From Octopus bimaculoides (taxonomy: Eukaryota), in NCBI RefSeq assembly GCF_001194135.2, contig NC_068982.1, positions 118,642,959 to 118,705,033 of the forward strand: DNA of 62,075 nt. The letters run 5' to 3'. The first letter of the stretch is position 1. Every line of letters starts with the position of its first letter. The notes under the pieces are model-generated. The model saw only the letters and a program-made list of their open reading frames with translations, did not search any database and was not told the origin of the DNA. Below are positions 61,431 to 62,075 of this stretch, piece by piece. Both the position numbers and the translations under genes were made by a program.

Positions 61431-62075
61431 TTATCTTGTTCTCATCTGTGTTAGTTATTAACCTGTTCGAAACACTCGAGCTATTTTCATCTCACACTCA
61501 TTTTTCTGTTTGTTACATTTAGTCACAACTTACTAGGTACGTATGTATGTATGTATGTATGTATGTATGTGTGCATGTATGTATGTATGCATCGTTTATG
61601 TATGTATGTATGTGTGTGTATGCATGCATGTATTCATGCATGTATGTAATTATCTATAAATAATAACACAGGTGGGTCAGGTTTACTACAGCAGTTTCAA
61701 ATGTGTTATTTACAGATGATCGAAAATTCTGAAACAGCTGTATTGAACCTTCGCCTATTTGTGTTATTGTTTATGCTTCACTACACTGAGAACGTTCTTT
61801 TCGTTGGACCTTGTGCTGACAGTGGACTAAGCAACACTTGATGGAGTATTCTCTTGTGTAACTTTACGTGCACGTGTATTTGGTCAATAGTTGTGAATGA
61901 ATGATTTACTGGGAGGTCAAATTCGTATTTGTTGTAGTACGCACACAATTTTAGTCCACAGGTGCGCTATCCCCGACACTACCTTGTTACCGTTGTTATG
62001 TAAATAGCTTGATTCTATCGGATCCAGAAAATTACACACACACACACGCAAACAATAGCCTATGTATATATATAA

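Overview
AT-rich eukaryotic (animal) genomic scaffold with many N-gaps. It is saturated with microsatellites and decayed transposons; the two SINE families resemble those I associate with Octopus (inference, no database check). Almost all ORFs in the supplied track are microsatellite or gap artefacts. One convincing host-gene exon is visible: a 48-nt phase-1/phase-1 exon at 60700-60747 (+) encoding (G)KTSLWSDWWTYEGIS(G), the N-terminal signature of carbonic-anhydrase-related proteins (CA10/CA11/CARP). Two upstream candidate exons (23792-24077 and 26138-26191) splice in frame to it on paper, which would make most of 24-60.7 kb intronic. The rest is a transposon graveyard: RTE, RLE-type, Tx1/L1 and possible CR1/L2 LINE remnants, Penelope-like elements carrying hammerhead-ribozyme-like motifs, Gypsy RT and LTRs, pogo, mariner and maT remnants, two tRNA-SINE families, and one unclassified repeat with a fold-back structure. 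I found no prokaryote-type system, CRISPR array, rRNA or intact tRNA. The best leads are the CARP 5' architecture (a junction-created UGA, stacked uORFs, a low-complexity His/Asp extension), the hammerhead variants, and a LINE embedded in (TACA)n arrays. All alignments and identities were judged by eye.
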